Shown here in pieces: positions 1 to 9,493 of a stretch of 25,629 nucleotides of DNA (the first letter of the stretch is position 1; the number at the start of each line of letters is the position of its first letter). The notes under the pieces are model-generated. The model saw only the letters and a program-made list of their open reading frames with translations. It had not been told where the DNA came from and did not search any database. Source of the DNA: Fidelibacterota bacterium. GTDB taxonomy: Bacteria > Fidelibacterota > Fidelibacteria > Fidelibacterales > DSDE01. The stretch is from positions 1 to 25,629 of the forward strand of contig JBJKQR010000049.1 in assembly GCA_046735395.1 (NCBI GenBank), read 5' to 3'. The position numbers were made by a program, and so were the translations under genes.

Positions 1-964
1 GTGTGGACATGACGGTTGCAGCCAGGCCGGTGAAAAACAGTCCGGTCAGGCCGGCAGGAAGAACTTTTGCTGCAAGGGCCGGATAAGCATAAAGCGGGTT
101 TTCGAGATGGGGAAGAAGGGCGCGGGCATAAAGGCCTGCTGTGAGGGTGAGCAGATCAAAAATGAACCAGAAGAGCACCGACCACAAGATCCCTTTTCGG
201 GCCGCAGCCGGAGACTCGGCAGCAGAGCATCTCTGGTGAAATCCCGGATCAATGAGAGTCCACATGGCGATGAAGAACCAGGCAATGATATATCCGAGGG
301 GAAGGCCTCCTGTAGGGTTCAGATGCTGGGGAGGAAGGCCACTTTTAAAGGTGCTAATAATCGGATATTTGATAAGCAGCAGGATTACTAAAACAGCAAA
401 TGCGGCGAACATTATGAAAAACTGAAGTACGTCCGTCGTCACGACGGCATGAAATCCCTTTCGTCTGAGATAAAGGATGGAAAAGACGGCGAGGAGCAGA
501 GCCCACAGAAAGGTGGAACCGGGCAGCACCAGGGACAGAAGCACCGCCATTATCAGAAGATAAGGTGCCGGTGAAACCAGAAGAAAAATGAATCCGGCCG
601 CCAGGATTGATGATTTTTTCCCATAATGATTGCGGATGAGATCAGGGAGGCTAACCAGCTGACCTTTCGTTACTTTCCCGGCGAAATATAAAGCGAAAAT
701 CAGTGCGAAAACATAATAGGGAAGCCCGAAGACCACCCAGTTTGAAATGCCGTACCGCCAGGTGAATTCGCCTACGCCCAGAATGCCGCCATACCAGGTG
801 GCAACCAGAGTGAAGACAAACATAGGAACGGTCAGCCGCCGTGCTCCCAGCAGGTAATCCCGTTCCGTTTCATTTGCTGTCTTACGAAAGAGGCCGATAA
901 AAAGAAGTGCGGCCAGGTAAATAATGAAAATAGCCGCGTCAATCGCAGAAAAATCAAGGTGCAT
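1..964 (-). CDS. Sodium:solute symporter (SSS/SLC5 family), 3'-truncated by window edge; candidate thiamine or thiamine-precursor transporter
   Basis: Not in the ORF track because it has no stop in the window. Manual translation from ATG at 964 is open to the edge: MHLDFSAIDAAIFIIYLAALLFIG...DYLLGARRL...TLVATWYGGILGVGE...AVVTTDVLQF...DPGFHQRCSAA...LPAGLTGLFFTGLAATVMST, which are typical SSS motifs. Start overlaps the thiN stop by 11 nt. Substrate inferred from context only. Confidence 0.9.
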   Translation of the reverse strand, partial: MHLDFSAIDAAIFIIYLAALLFIGLFRKTANETERDYLLGARRLTVPMFVFTLVATWYGGILGVGEFTWRYGISNWVVFGLPYYVFALIFALYFAGKVTKGQLVSLPDLIRNHYGKKSSILAAGFIFLLVSPAPYLLIMAVLLSLVLPGSTFLWALLLAVFSILYLRRKGFHAVVTTDVLQFFIMFAAFAVLVILLLIKYPIISTFKSGLPPQHLNPTGGLPLGYIIAWFFIAMWTLIDPGFHQRCSAAESPAAARKGILWSVLFWFIFDLLTLTAGLYARALLPHLENPLYAYPALAAKVLPAGLTGLFFTGLAATVMST

Positions 965-1583
965 AGAGAGTGTCCGGGCGAACCAGCAGCAGAAGGCCGC
1001 TGCTGAAATTCAGGGTTAATTCCGACTTGAGGCAGATGTTGCTAAGTCCTTGTGATACCGTCGAAAAGCATGAACTGTTCAAATTGTATTTCGCGCCGCT
1101 GAGTGACAGGTTTTCCACCTTCTCAAAGCTGAGTAGGGAGAACATTTCACCCGGGTTCATCGGAATCTGATGAGGCCCCGGTTTCAACCATTGGGAAAAA
1201 TGACCGGGTTCGGCGTGACAGAGAGCAAGGTCGTGGGAATGAGCGGCGGCGATGAGATAATTCATCAGTTCATGATCCTTCCGACCTCCGTCGAATCCGC
1301 ATAATATCCCGCTGTGCAGGTCCTTATCCCGGCAGAGCTGAAGTGCCTTGTCCAGGTCCGATGCAGATTGGTCTGCAAGGGGATGACGCAGTGGTTCGGG
1401 TGGGCTGACGGCGAGGCTGTCCATGTCTCCGAACACGTTATCCACAGAAATACCATACTTGAGACAATGATCGTATGCGCCGTCCAGACAGTACGTTACG
1501 GAAGCGAATGACTGCAGTTTCAGGATGTGGTCACGCGATGGGAAGGCCCCGTTTCCGATTAAAAGAAAATCAGATTTATTCAT
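954..1583 (-). CDS. thiN: Thiamine pyrophosphokinase (thiamine diphosphokinase)
   Basis: 209 aa with TPK motifs LIGNG, DGA, GDMDS, DQxxSDLDKAL, GGRxDHxLxN, LSGAKYNL and GLSN. Confidence 0.92.
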   Translation of the reverse strand: MNKSDFLLIGNGAFPSRDHILKLQSFASVTYCLDGAYDHCLKYGISVDNVFGDMDSLAVSPPEPLRHPLADQSASDLDKALQLCRDKDLHSGILCGFDGGRKDHELMNYLIAAAHSHDLALCHAEPGHFSQWLKPGPHQIPMNPGEMFSLLSFEKVENLSLSGAKYNLNSSCFSTVSQGLSNICLKSELTLNFSSGLLLLVRPDTLYAP

Positions 1584-2496
1584 GGCTGACGCGCGCGATT
1601 TTCTCGTTCAGGATATCGAAATCAATTCGTACACGGAAGCGATCCTTTGAGTCACGGAGGCGGCTGCGATACCAGCGCGAATTGAAATACTCCTTCATCA
1701 TGGAAGAAATGGGCAGGAGCATGGGGGATGAATTCCAGGCAAAGGGACGATCGTCCTCCAGATGGATTATGGCACCATAAACGGATGCCCAGGCAACAGT
1801 CCAGAGACTGTATCGCTTCAGAAGATAGTTTTTCGTTGCTTCGGAGATGGCCTGAATTTCGGGATCAATAAACATGAACTCCTTGGAAAACAGAACGGCC
1901 GTATGCAGATAATTGGGACTGTTGGCCAGACCATCCGACCGTATGCGCCGGGCGATATTGAACAGAATTTCCAGAACATGGCCGCCGATTCGCAGTCCCG
2001 GGTATTTCTGTCCGGGAAGCGCCGGTTTTTTGGGCATGAATTTCCGATAGGGATTCTGCATCATCAGCCAGTCAATGTAGAGACAGTCGGCGCGTTTGTC
2101 TTTTGTGCGGAAGGAAGGAATCGGCAAAGCCCGTTTGCGGAAAAAGATTTCCACGAGCTTGCTGTCATCCGTGAATTCTCCGGTGTAAAGCGTGAATTTG
2201 TGGAGAAAGGGATCTTCCAGATCCAGCCGTGTTTTAATCTCGTCCGATATACCCAGAGTACTCAGGAGTTTGGGGATGCGATAGCGCCGGAAAAATTCAT
2301 CAATGATACGAGGCTGATAATACCCGAGCAGAAGCTGGCTTTCGTGACGAATGCCGCCTCCGTCGGGCGCCATGATATCTTCCTCGCTGAAACTGAAATC
2401 TATGCCCCGATTCAGGTCACCCAGGGTCATTTCATTAAATATTCTGGCGTATTTTTTCCGGAGATCATTCATCCTCAGAAATATACGGAAATTCAC
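1576..2496 (-). CDS. Hypothetical protein with a possible GNAT-like fold (start may be ATG at 2472)
   Basis: 306-aa ORF whose stop overlaps the thiN start (ATGAATAA). Contains WLMMQNP...LPGQKYPGLRIGGHVLEILFNIARRIRSDGL...HTAVLFSK. The coding call is solid; the fold call is inference. Confidence 0.75.
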   Translation of the reverse strand: MNFRIFLRMNDLRKKYARIFNEMTLGDLNRGIDFSFSEEDIMAPDGGGIRHESQLLLGYYQPRIIDEFFRRYRIPKLLSTLGISDEIKTRLDLEDPFLHKFTLYTGEFTDDSKLVEIFFRKRALPIPSFRTKDKRADCLYIDWLMMQNPYRKFMPKKPALPGQKYPGLRIGGHVLEILFNIARRIRSDGLANSPNYLHTAVLFSKEFMFIDPEIQAISEATKNYLLKRYSLWTVAWASVYGAIIHLEDDRPFAWNSSPMLLPISSMMKEYFNSRWYRSRLRDSKDRFRVRIDFDILNEKIARVSHE

Positions 2497-2728
2497 ACTC
2501 CGAGTGGAAGTTTATTACGACATCGGAAATGATGAAAAACGAGGGTTGGGTTGTAATTTGGCAAAGTTGCAGTAAGCTGCAGAGAGGAAAGCGATAGAAT
2601 CGCAGGAGGGGTAAATCGTGAGGATTAGAATCGTTGATTTTAAATTGTACTTCCTGATTGCAACTTTTTTTCCCTGTGATCTATCGGGCCAAAAGTGTAA
2701 CTTCCGCGAAAAATAAGGAATCGCCCTC

Positions 2729-4174
2729 ATGCAAACCCTCGATTTCGGAATTATCTTTCTCTTTTTGGTAGCTATCTTTTTTTACGGAACGCGCTCCGGG
2801 AAAAAGATCGAGAACATGAACCAGTATTTCAGCGGAGACCGCAGCATGCCCTGGTGGGCCATATCCCTGTCCATCGTGGCCACCGAAACATCCGTCCTCA
2901 CCTTTCTTTCCATTCCGGCTCTGGCTTATGCCGGCAATTTCTTTTTTCTGCAGCTCTGCCTCGGATATATACTCGGCCGTATCCTTGTCGTCAAATATCT
3001 GCTGCCGCTCTACGCAGACGGAGGCTACATCTCGCCTTACCAGGCGGTGGGAAAATTCGCCGGGCGGCCCATGCAGCGTCTCGTTTCCGGGACTTTCCTC
3101 TTTACCCGTCTTCTCGCCGACGGAGTCCGCCTCTTCGCCGTAGCGATTCCTCTGAGCATGATCACAGGATGGTCCTTCGTGTTCAGTATCTGGGTGATCG
3201 GGATTGTGACAATGGTGTATACATTATTAGGCGGTATCAAGGCTGTCGTCTGGATGGATGTGGTGCAGTGGTTCATCTACATTGCTGCGGCACTTTTTAC
3301 AGTTGTGATTCTCACACATACACTGCATCAGGACGGCACCGCGATTTTTTCCACGCTCTTCAAAAGCGGGAAACTGGATTTTCTGAATTTTTCCATGACC
3401 TTCGGTGATTACAACATTTTTTCGGGCCTGATCGGCGGCGCTCTGCTGTCCATGGCCTCGCACGGAACCGATCAGCTCATTGTTCAGCGCGTGCTCAGCT
3501 GCCGTGACAAGTCCGATTCGTCCCGCTCTCTTGTCTGGTCCGGTTATATCGTCTTCCTGCAGTTTGCACTGTTTCTGCTTATCGGTTCGCTTATGTACCT
3601 CTTCTGGCATGGCCAGAGCTACAGTCAGCTCGGAATTACCCGTGGTGATGAATTATTTACCAAATATATCATTGAAAATATTCCCACCGGGATCAAGGGC
3701 CTGACGGTGGCCGGTATCTTTGCTGCCGCCATGTCCACGCTCAGTTCCTCCCTGAATGCCCTGTCCAGTTCGACTATGGTTGATATTCTTCCCTCATCCC
3801 TGACCGATCGTCTCAAAGGTAAGAAGGAACTGGTTTTTTCCCGCTGGATCACCTTTTCCTGGGGAATCCTCATGGTGGGAGGCGCAGGCCTGTTTACGGG
3901 CATGACAAATCCCCTGGTTGAAATCGGTCTGTCCATCGCCTCCTTTACCTATGGATCCATGCTGGCGCTCTTTCTGCTGCTGCGCTTTTTCCCGCCGGCA
4001 CCGGCCCGGGCCTACCTCTATTCATTCATCGGATCCATCGTGGTCATGATCGCGGTGATCAGCACGAAGGCTGTACACTGGACCTGGTACATCGCTGTGG
4101 CTATTCTCAGCAGTTTCATTATCTGGAGCATCGTGTCACGGTTTCCGTCGGGAGCACGCAGCACACGGAGCTGA
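2729..4174 (+). CDS. Sodium:solute symporter (SSS/SLC5 family), substrate unknown
   Basis: 481 aa, highly hydrophobic. Motifs MPWWAISLSIVATETS, YTLLGGIKAVVWMDVVQ, GTDQLIVQRVL, GLTVAGIFAAAMSTLSSSLN. AAGGA upstream of the ATG. Confidence 0.93.
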   Translation: MQTLDFGIIFLFLVAIFFYGTRSGKKIENMNQYFSGDRSMPWWAISLSIVATETSVLTFLSIPALAYAGNFFFLQLCLGYILGRILVVKYLLPLYADGGYISPYQAVGKFAGRPMQRLVSGTFLFTRLLADGVRLFAVAIPLSMITGWSFVFSIWVIGIVTMVYTLLGGIKAVVWMDVVQWFIYIAAALFTVVILTHTLHQDGTAIFSTLFKSGKLDFLNFSMTFGDYNIFSGLIGGALLSMASHGTDQLIVQRVLSCRDKSDSSRSLVWSGYIVFLQFALFLLIGSLMYLFWHGQSYSQLGITRGDELFTKYIIENIPTGIKGLTVAGIFAAAMSTLSSSLNALSSSTMVDILPSSLTDRLKGKKELVFSRWITFSWGILMVGGAGLFTGMTNPLVEIGLSIASFTYGSMLALFLLLRFFPPAPARAYLYSFIGSIVVMIAVISTKAVHWTWYIAVAILSSFIIWSIVSRFPSGARSTRS

Positions 4175-4274
4175 TAAACGGCTTTATTAAAATTCAGATC
4201 TGAAAATAGAGTAATTTCTTACGATATCATTCAATTTGCAGGGGCTGGCCAGATTGTAGCCTGATAATTCCGAA

Positions 4275-6434
4275 TCAGATATGGAAACCGATTTGCAGGT
4301 TCCACTTTTTCTGGGTCAGGTAATTTGTATCTCCGGATTCGGACAGCAGGTTCATGCAGGAGGCGCCCACATCCACTTTCAGTTTTTTCCAGGCCAGAGT
4401 GGAGGAGACGAACAGATTTGCATTGGAATGGCCGTCCAGGATGCCCATGACCCAGCGTCCGCTCGGCAGTTTGCTGGCGTAGCTCTGCTGCCCTTCACTG
4501 AAATAATAAATTCGAACATTGAAATCGGACCGCATATATTCAGCCTGGAAGAAAAATTTGTTTTCCGGCTTGTTCTGCAGCACGCGGATATCACTGATGG
4601 AGAGGAAGAGTGCCCCTGCGGTGAGCCGCAGTGTCCTGGCATGATTCAGGCTCTGCAGGCTGGCCTCCCAACCGCTGTTTTCGCAGGAGGGCGCATTGAT
4701 CGGAGTCGGGTCATATCCCGGTACAGAAACCTCATATATTTTCTGACTGTAGAAATATTTATAGTAACTGAGATTGAGACTGAGACTGCTGAAAGGCAGG
4801 TCCGGGTTATCCGGGTACAACGATGCCTCCAGGCCGATTTCGGAGGAATTCAGTTTTTCCGGCTTCAGGTTCTTATCCAGAGTATAGATCACGGAATAAT
4901 TGCGGCGGTACATTTCATCGAAGGTCGGATAGCGCACATTATTGCCGCTCAGGGCGTAAACCTTATAGGACAGCGTGTGAACCTGCGAGCTCAGAGAGAT
5001 TCCGAGCTTGTGTGTGAGACTGGCAAACTGTTTCAGTGAGTCGCTCTCTACGGGCCAGTCATCCTGAATGAATACTTTATTGGTCCGGTAACTGATATTA
5101 TCATAGCGCAGACTGCTGTTGATTTCCAGCCAGCGGGCGGCGGTGCTGCCGGTTTCCGAACTGTATTTCCAGATACCGGTTACCGCATGATGATTCTTGT
5201 GCATCGTGTCCCGGTAATTCATGAGGCCGAGAGGCGTGACGGCATCCAGACTGCTTTTAAAATCCGCCAGAATCCGGTCAGCCCGGACCTGGAAACTGTT
5301 ATTCAGATACGTGAATTTCTTACCGGCGGTCAGGCTGTTTCCCGCATTATCCTGATGGATATCGGACATACCGAATTTAGTATAATAGCTGTCATCCTCT
5401 CTATAATTCCTGATATTCCCTTCCAGCTGAACGTCATTCACACCGAGCAGTTTTCCTTCGAAACGGAGTTGGCCCAGCATGTTTTCGTTGGAATGCGGCC
5501 GAAAGTCCCGGCTGTTCTGCGTATTCATTCCGTAATACCAGGCATCGAGAATCAGTGATGCCTCAGGATTGATGTCAAAGCGGTCAAGCAGGGAATAAAA
5601 ATCCACATTCCTGTGACTGGTGTCTGAAAAAACAATGGACACTATGTCCTGTCGGGTCAACCCCAGTTTTAAGTGGTTCCGGGCGGTGGGAAGAAAAAGA
5701 TTTGCAGCTGAACTGCGGCTGCCCCGGCTGTCAATACGATGAGACGCTTCCACCCACTCATTATCCGGCAGTTTGGGATCGATACTCACCACACCTCCGA
5801 ACGCGCCCGTGCCGAAGAGGGCGGAGCCGGCGCCCTTGATAACCTGAAGCTGACTGATATCATAAATATTCAGCATGGATAGATCGAAGGATCCTGTATT
5901 GTCATTATTCAGCACCATGCCGTCATAGACGATAAGCACTTCTTCCGGATCGCTGCCGCGGATGGACAGGGTCTGCGACCCTTCGGGCGTTTCGCTGACG
6001 ATAATGGCCGGGTCAACGGCCAGCATGGCTGCCGGTGATTCAGCGCCGTATTTGGCAAATTCCAGAGCATTGAAACTGCTCTGGCGAGACAGGACTTCCT
6101 CATCCGTCCAGCTTTTACGTTTTTCTGTCTTCACGATCTGTCCCAGCGAAAGTGGAACAGCCTTGAGATAGATGACAGGATTTTCGTAGAGGGTGCGTCT
6201 GCTGACGGTAACCTTTTCGTAACCGATATGCGAAAACGTAATGGAATCACTGTCGGAAAATCCGCTGAGGTGGAAATGTCCCAGGCTGTCAGAAACGGTT
6301 CCGGCCTGCCGTGCCGGACTATAAATATTGACATTTTCGATTCCCTGGCAGCTTTTTGCATCCGCAACCTTTCCGTCGAAAGCTTTTGTCAGAGGAGCGA
6401 GAGCAAGGCAGGCAATCAGGATTCGTGTAATCAC
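4275..6434 (-). CDS. TonB-dependent outer-membrane receptor with N-terminal carboxypeptidase-regulatory-like domain
   Basis: Signal peptide; GTVSDSLGHF..SHIGYE N-domain; plug motifs LSIRGS..VLIVYDG and LQVIKGAGSALFGTGAFGGVVSI; LKPEK barrel motif; amphipathic C-terminal strand WNLQIGFHI. Confidence 0.9.
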   Translation of the reverse strand: MITRILIACLALAPLTKAFDGKVADAKSCQGIENVNIYSPARQAGTVSDSLGHFHLSGFSDSDSITFSHIGYEKVTVSRRTLYENPVIYLKAVPLSLGQIVKTEKRKSWTDEEVLSRQSSFNALEFAKYGAESPAAMLAVDPAIIVSETPEGSQTLSIRGSDPEEVLIVYDGMVLNNDNTGSFDLSMLNIYDISQLQVIKGAGSALFGTGAFGGVVSIDPKLPDNEWVEASHRIDSRGSRSSAANLFLPTARNHLKLGLTRQDIVSIVFSDTSHRNVDFYSLLDRFDINPEASLILDAWYYGMNTQNSRDFRPHSNENMLGQLRFEGKLLGVNDVQLEGNIRNYREDDSYYTKFGMSDIHQDNAGNSLTAGKKFTYLNNSFQVRADRILADFKSSLDAVTPLGLMNYRDTMHKNHHAVTGIWKYSSETGSTAARWLEINSSLRYDNISYRTNKVFIQDDWPVESDSLKQFASLTHKLGISLSSQVHTLSYKVYALSGNNVRYPTFDEMYRRNYSVIYTLDKNLKPEKLNSSEIGLEASLYPDNPDLPFSSLSLNLSYYKYFYSQKIYEVSVPGYDPTPINAPSCENSGWEASLQSLNHARTLRLTAGALFLSISDIRVLQNKPENKFFFQAEYMRSDFNVRIYYFSEGQQSYASKLPSGRWVMGILDGHSNANLFVSSTLAWKKLKVDVGASCMNLLSESGDTNYLTQKKWNLQIGFHI

Positions 6435-6452
6435 GGTTTCTCCATTATACAG

Positions 6453-9400
6453 TTACAGATTATTCATTTCTTCATCAGTCCGGTCATCGCTGCGCTGATA
6501 CCCGGGTTTGAGAATGAGGCCCTTGCCGGTCATTCCTTCCACCTGAACAATGAGAGGCTTATCGAAGTGCAGGTGCCGGATATGCTTTGAGCGATCCACA
6601 GGTTCAATGGTATCCAGCCAGTCCCATTGAAGATCGCTTGTGGTTTTGGACGGAGGCAGGGTGAAATAGCTGATATTCAGCGAGGTGATATTCTGAAAAA
6701 AATGAGAGCCGAAGGAGGGTTCGAGGTAGAGATCATCCAGGCCGATTTCCACGATGCAGCGGGCATTGGAGATCTCCATCCAGGCCACAGGAATGCCCAG
6801 CATGGGATCGGCTGTACCCCAGCGTCCGGGCCCCAGCAGTATGTATTTGCGCTTCCGGTCGAATTTATCATTGAATCCGCGCAGTTCCTCCACGATCTTC
6901 TGGGTCTCCAGGATATTGAAATCCTTCCGGGAAATATAAAGGACATCGTGGATATCATCCGTGACCCCGTTACCGAGACAGATTTCGCTCCGGGCCAGAA
7001 AATCCTCGGCATCCAGTGCGTCGTACTGAATAAAATTCAGGTTGGCATACGTAATCTGGGGGCGGATCTGCAGGATGAAGAATTCACCCTTGCGGCTGCC
7101 ATCATTATAAATATTTGCGGCGAATTCCATCTCGATCTCCGAACCCATGCCGCTCTTCATGATCTTCTGCACCTCAACGAGAGATTCGGAAAGCGGAAAC
7201 ATCTTCCATTTCAGAATATTCGCGAAGGTCACTGCACGGGTTCCCGTTTCGTAGAAATTTTCACGGAAGGTATCCGAATTTGCGTGATACACCGAACCCA
7301 CCGTCTGAAGCTCACCATCTTTTTCGGCGAGATCCAGGTCCAGAAGTTCCAGATTGCTGTCTTCATTGTTGATTTTTTTCCGATCCTCACATCCGGCGAG
7401 ATGGAGGCTCCAGAATCGGTTCTGAGAGGATTTGAAGATGGACTGGGTGGAGAAAAACTGGGGAATGATCTTGGGATAGCGGGGGGAAAACTTCAGGGAC
7501 TTTTCGCCTTCCACCACGGTACGTCCCAGTCCGAGAGCAATATTGGCGAGTCCGTCCTCCCGTTTCAGTTTCTGCTGGGGATAATAATTATAACTCTGCA
7601 TGACTCCTGAAAAAGTGGGGTAGAACCGTGATCCGTGTGTTTTACCGATGAGCTGCTGAATGACCACGGCCATCTTTTCGTCTTCACTGCGGTGGCCGGT
7701 GGCGGTCATGTAGGCCCGGGCATTCTGGTGAAAGGTGGAGGCGTAGACCAGTTTGACCGCATCTTCCAGCTGTTTGAGGCGCGTGCTCAGGTTCGTGCTG
7801 CAATTGGGAACCATGAGTGTGGTGTAAATCCCGGCAAAGGGTTCGAAATAATTGTCTTCCAGCAGACTGGATGACCGGACGGCCAGTGGCTGCGTATTCT
7901 TTTTCAGATAATAGCGAAAATCCTCGCGGACCTGCCGGGAAAAGGTGCCGGCCAGAAAGAGGGCATTGATGTCCTCATCACTCCGGCAGGATCCGATTTC
8001 CTCCATCAGGTTGTTGCTTTCCATGAAACTGTCATAAATGTCAGTGGACAGGACGACAAAATTCGGAATGTCGATGGTGATATCCGGAAATTTATTCTTG
8101 AAATTGAATCGCTTCAGGTAGTTGACCAGAAAAACCAGGCCACGTGCCTTCCCGCCGATGGATCCGTCTCCCATACGGATATATTTGATCTGCGGATCGT
8201 AACTTTCCCGATTGAACAACACCACCTTATCCTCGACCAGGGCCTTGCGCTGCGCGGCAATCCCTTCAATGAGGACCTGACGAAGGTCACTGCCCGCATC
8301 ATCACTGACAAAATCCGAATAGACAAGTGGCTTGAGCTGATCAGCCAGCTGAAAATAGCCGCGGTTCGCCAGCCAGTTGCTGAAGTGGTTACGTCGGGCG
8401 TGGTATTCAATACTTTCCAGGGGGACGTTCTGCAGAGCACGCTGCAGGCTTTCCAGGCTTTCAGCCCGGTCAATTTCCTTTTTATCCGGTGTGGTGAAGA
8501 TCAGGTCACCGAAACCGCAATGATTGATGATATGCCGTTTCAGATCCTTTACGAGGTTGTTGGAATTCTTGTCCAGAAAATACGCGCCGATTTCCTCCGC
8601 GATGGCCGCATTTTCCGGTTCCTTGGAAAAAAGAAGGACGGGCAGAGACGGATATTTCCCCAGAATTTTCTGCAGCAGTTTTACGCCGGCCGTGGCGTTC
8701 ATTTTACCGTCCATGGGATAGCGCACATCGGAAATGACCGTCAGGACCTGCTGGTAATATTTCTCGAAATATCCCAGCGCTTCCTCGTAAGTGGAGCAGA
8801 GCAGGATCTTGGGGCGGCTGTACATGCGGAAGAGTTTCATTTCGTCGGTATATTCCACCCGGATGAGGTCATCCACACTCTTGATCACAACTTTATAGAA
8901 GAGGGGCAGAAAAATGGAATAAAATTCCGGTGAATCCTCCACTACGATGATGGCCCGGCTCATGCCCTTCAGAATATCGCGTTCCGCGTTGCGTTTATCC
9001 TCAATGTATTTAATGATGGCCGGAAAGATGGATGAATCGCCGTACCAGTAGAATATCTTGTCAATGGCATCCAGGTGCTCGGAGGTTTTCAGCAGCCAGG
9101 TATGTTCGGTCTTGTTTGCAGTCAGCATCACCACCGGAATATCACCGTACTTATTCTTGATTTCACGGGCGAAACTGAAGGCATTCATGTCCACGATATG
9201 AGCCATGGTGATGATCATGTCATAACGGTAGGTCTGCATTTTCCGGAAAGCATGCTGTGCCGTGGAAACGCGGGTCATGCGCGGAGTGGTGGACAGATTA
9301 TAGGCGGCAAATTCACTCATGAGCATTTCATGAAGATGACCATCCTCCTGAAGCTTGAAGGCGTCATAGACAGAGGAGACGATGAGGATCTCATGAATTC

Positions 9401-9461
9401 GGAACTGCATGAGAAGGCGGTAATCCAGTGAATTATTCGCTGTCGAAATTTCCAGTTTCAT
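6453..9461 (-). CDS. Receiver-domain / PPDK_N (PEP-synthase-like ATP-grasp) / phosphohistidine-like multidomain protein
   Basis: 1002 aa. REC-like segments IIVVEDS and VISDVRYP; ATP-grasp motifs GSIGGKARGL, PLAVRSSSLLED..FAGIY, MAVVIQ, LGLGRTVVEG, EMEFA, FILQIRP; C-terminal GPGRWG..PSFGSHFF. AGGAG 5 nt before the ATG. Confidence 0.88.
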   Translation of the reverse strand: MKLEISTANNSLDYRLLMQFRIHEILIVSSVYDAFKLQEDGHLHEMLMSEFAAYNLSTTPRMTRVSTAQHAFRKMQTYRYDMIITMAHIVDMNAFSFAREIKNKYGDIPVVMLTANKTEHTWLLKTSEHLDAIDKIFYWYGDSSIFPAIIKYIEDKRNAERDILKGMSRAIIVVEDSPEFYSIFLPLFYKVVIKSVDDLIRVEYTDEMKLFRMYSRPKILLCSTYEEALGYFEKYYQQVLTVISDVRYPMDGKMNATAGVKLLQKILGKYPSLPVLLFSKEPENAAIAEEIGAYFLDKNSNNLVKDLKRHIINHCGFGDLIFTTPDKKEIDRAESLESLQRALQNVPLESIEYHARRNHFSNWLANRGYFQLADQLKPLVYSDFVSDDAGSDLRQVLIEGIAAQRKALVEDKVVLFNRESYDPQIKYIRMGDGSIGGKARGLVFLVNYLKRFNFKNKFPDITIDIPNFVVLSTDIYDSFMESNNLMEEIGSCRSDEDINALFLAGTFSRQVREDFRYYLKKNTQPLAVRSSSLLEDNYFEPFAGIYTTLMVPNCSTNLSTRLKQLEDAVKLVYASTFHQNARAYMTATGHRSEDEKMAVVIQQLIGKTHGSRFYPTFSGVMQSYNYYPQQKLKREDGLANIALGLGRTVVEGEKSLKFSPRYPKIIPQFFSTQSIFKSSQNRFWSLHLAGCEDRKKINNEDSNLELLDLDLAEKDGELQTVGSVYHANSDTFRENFYETGTRAVTFANILKWKMFPLSESLVEVQKIMKSGMGSEIEMEFAANIYNDGSRKGEFFILQIRPQITYANLNFIQYDALDAEDFLARSEICLGNGVTDDIHDVLYISRKDFNILETQKIVEELRGFNDKFDRKRKYILLGPGRWGTADPMLGIPVAWMEISNARCIVEIGLDDLYLEPSFGSHFFQNITSLNISYFTLPPSKTTSDLQWDWLDTIEPVDRSKHIRHLHFDKPLIVQVEGMTGKGLILKPGYQRSDDRTDEEMNNL

Positions 9462-9484
9462 ATCATCTCCTGAGGTTATTCAGT

Positions 9485-9493
9485 AATTTAGCA
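9485..9493 (-). promoter_or_regulatory. Putative extended -10 element (TGcTAAATT) for the 1002-aa gene
   Basis: TGn plus TAAATT about 24 nt upstream of the ATG at 9461; no good -35. Confidence 0.35.

Noticed and set aside
2497..2728. TPP riboswitch upstream of the thiN operon
   Set aside because: No conserved aptamer motifs seen on either strand by eye; an Infernal scan would be definitive.
4175..4274. Intrinsic terminator between the convergent SSS and receptor genes
   Set aside because: Only a loopless palindrome (TTCAGATCTGAA, 4193-4204) and a weak stem, with no U-tract.
6453..9461. Annotation as ppsA or ppdK
   Set aside because: No C-terminal PEP/pyruvate-binding barrel, and there are extra receiver domains.
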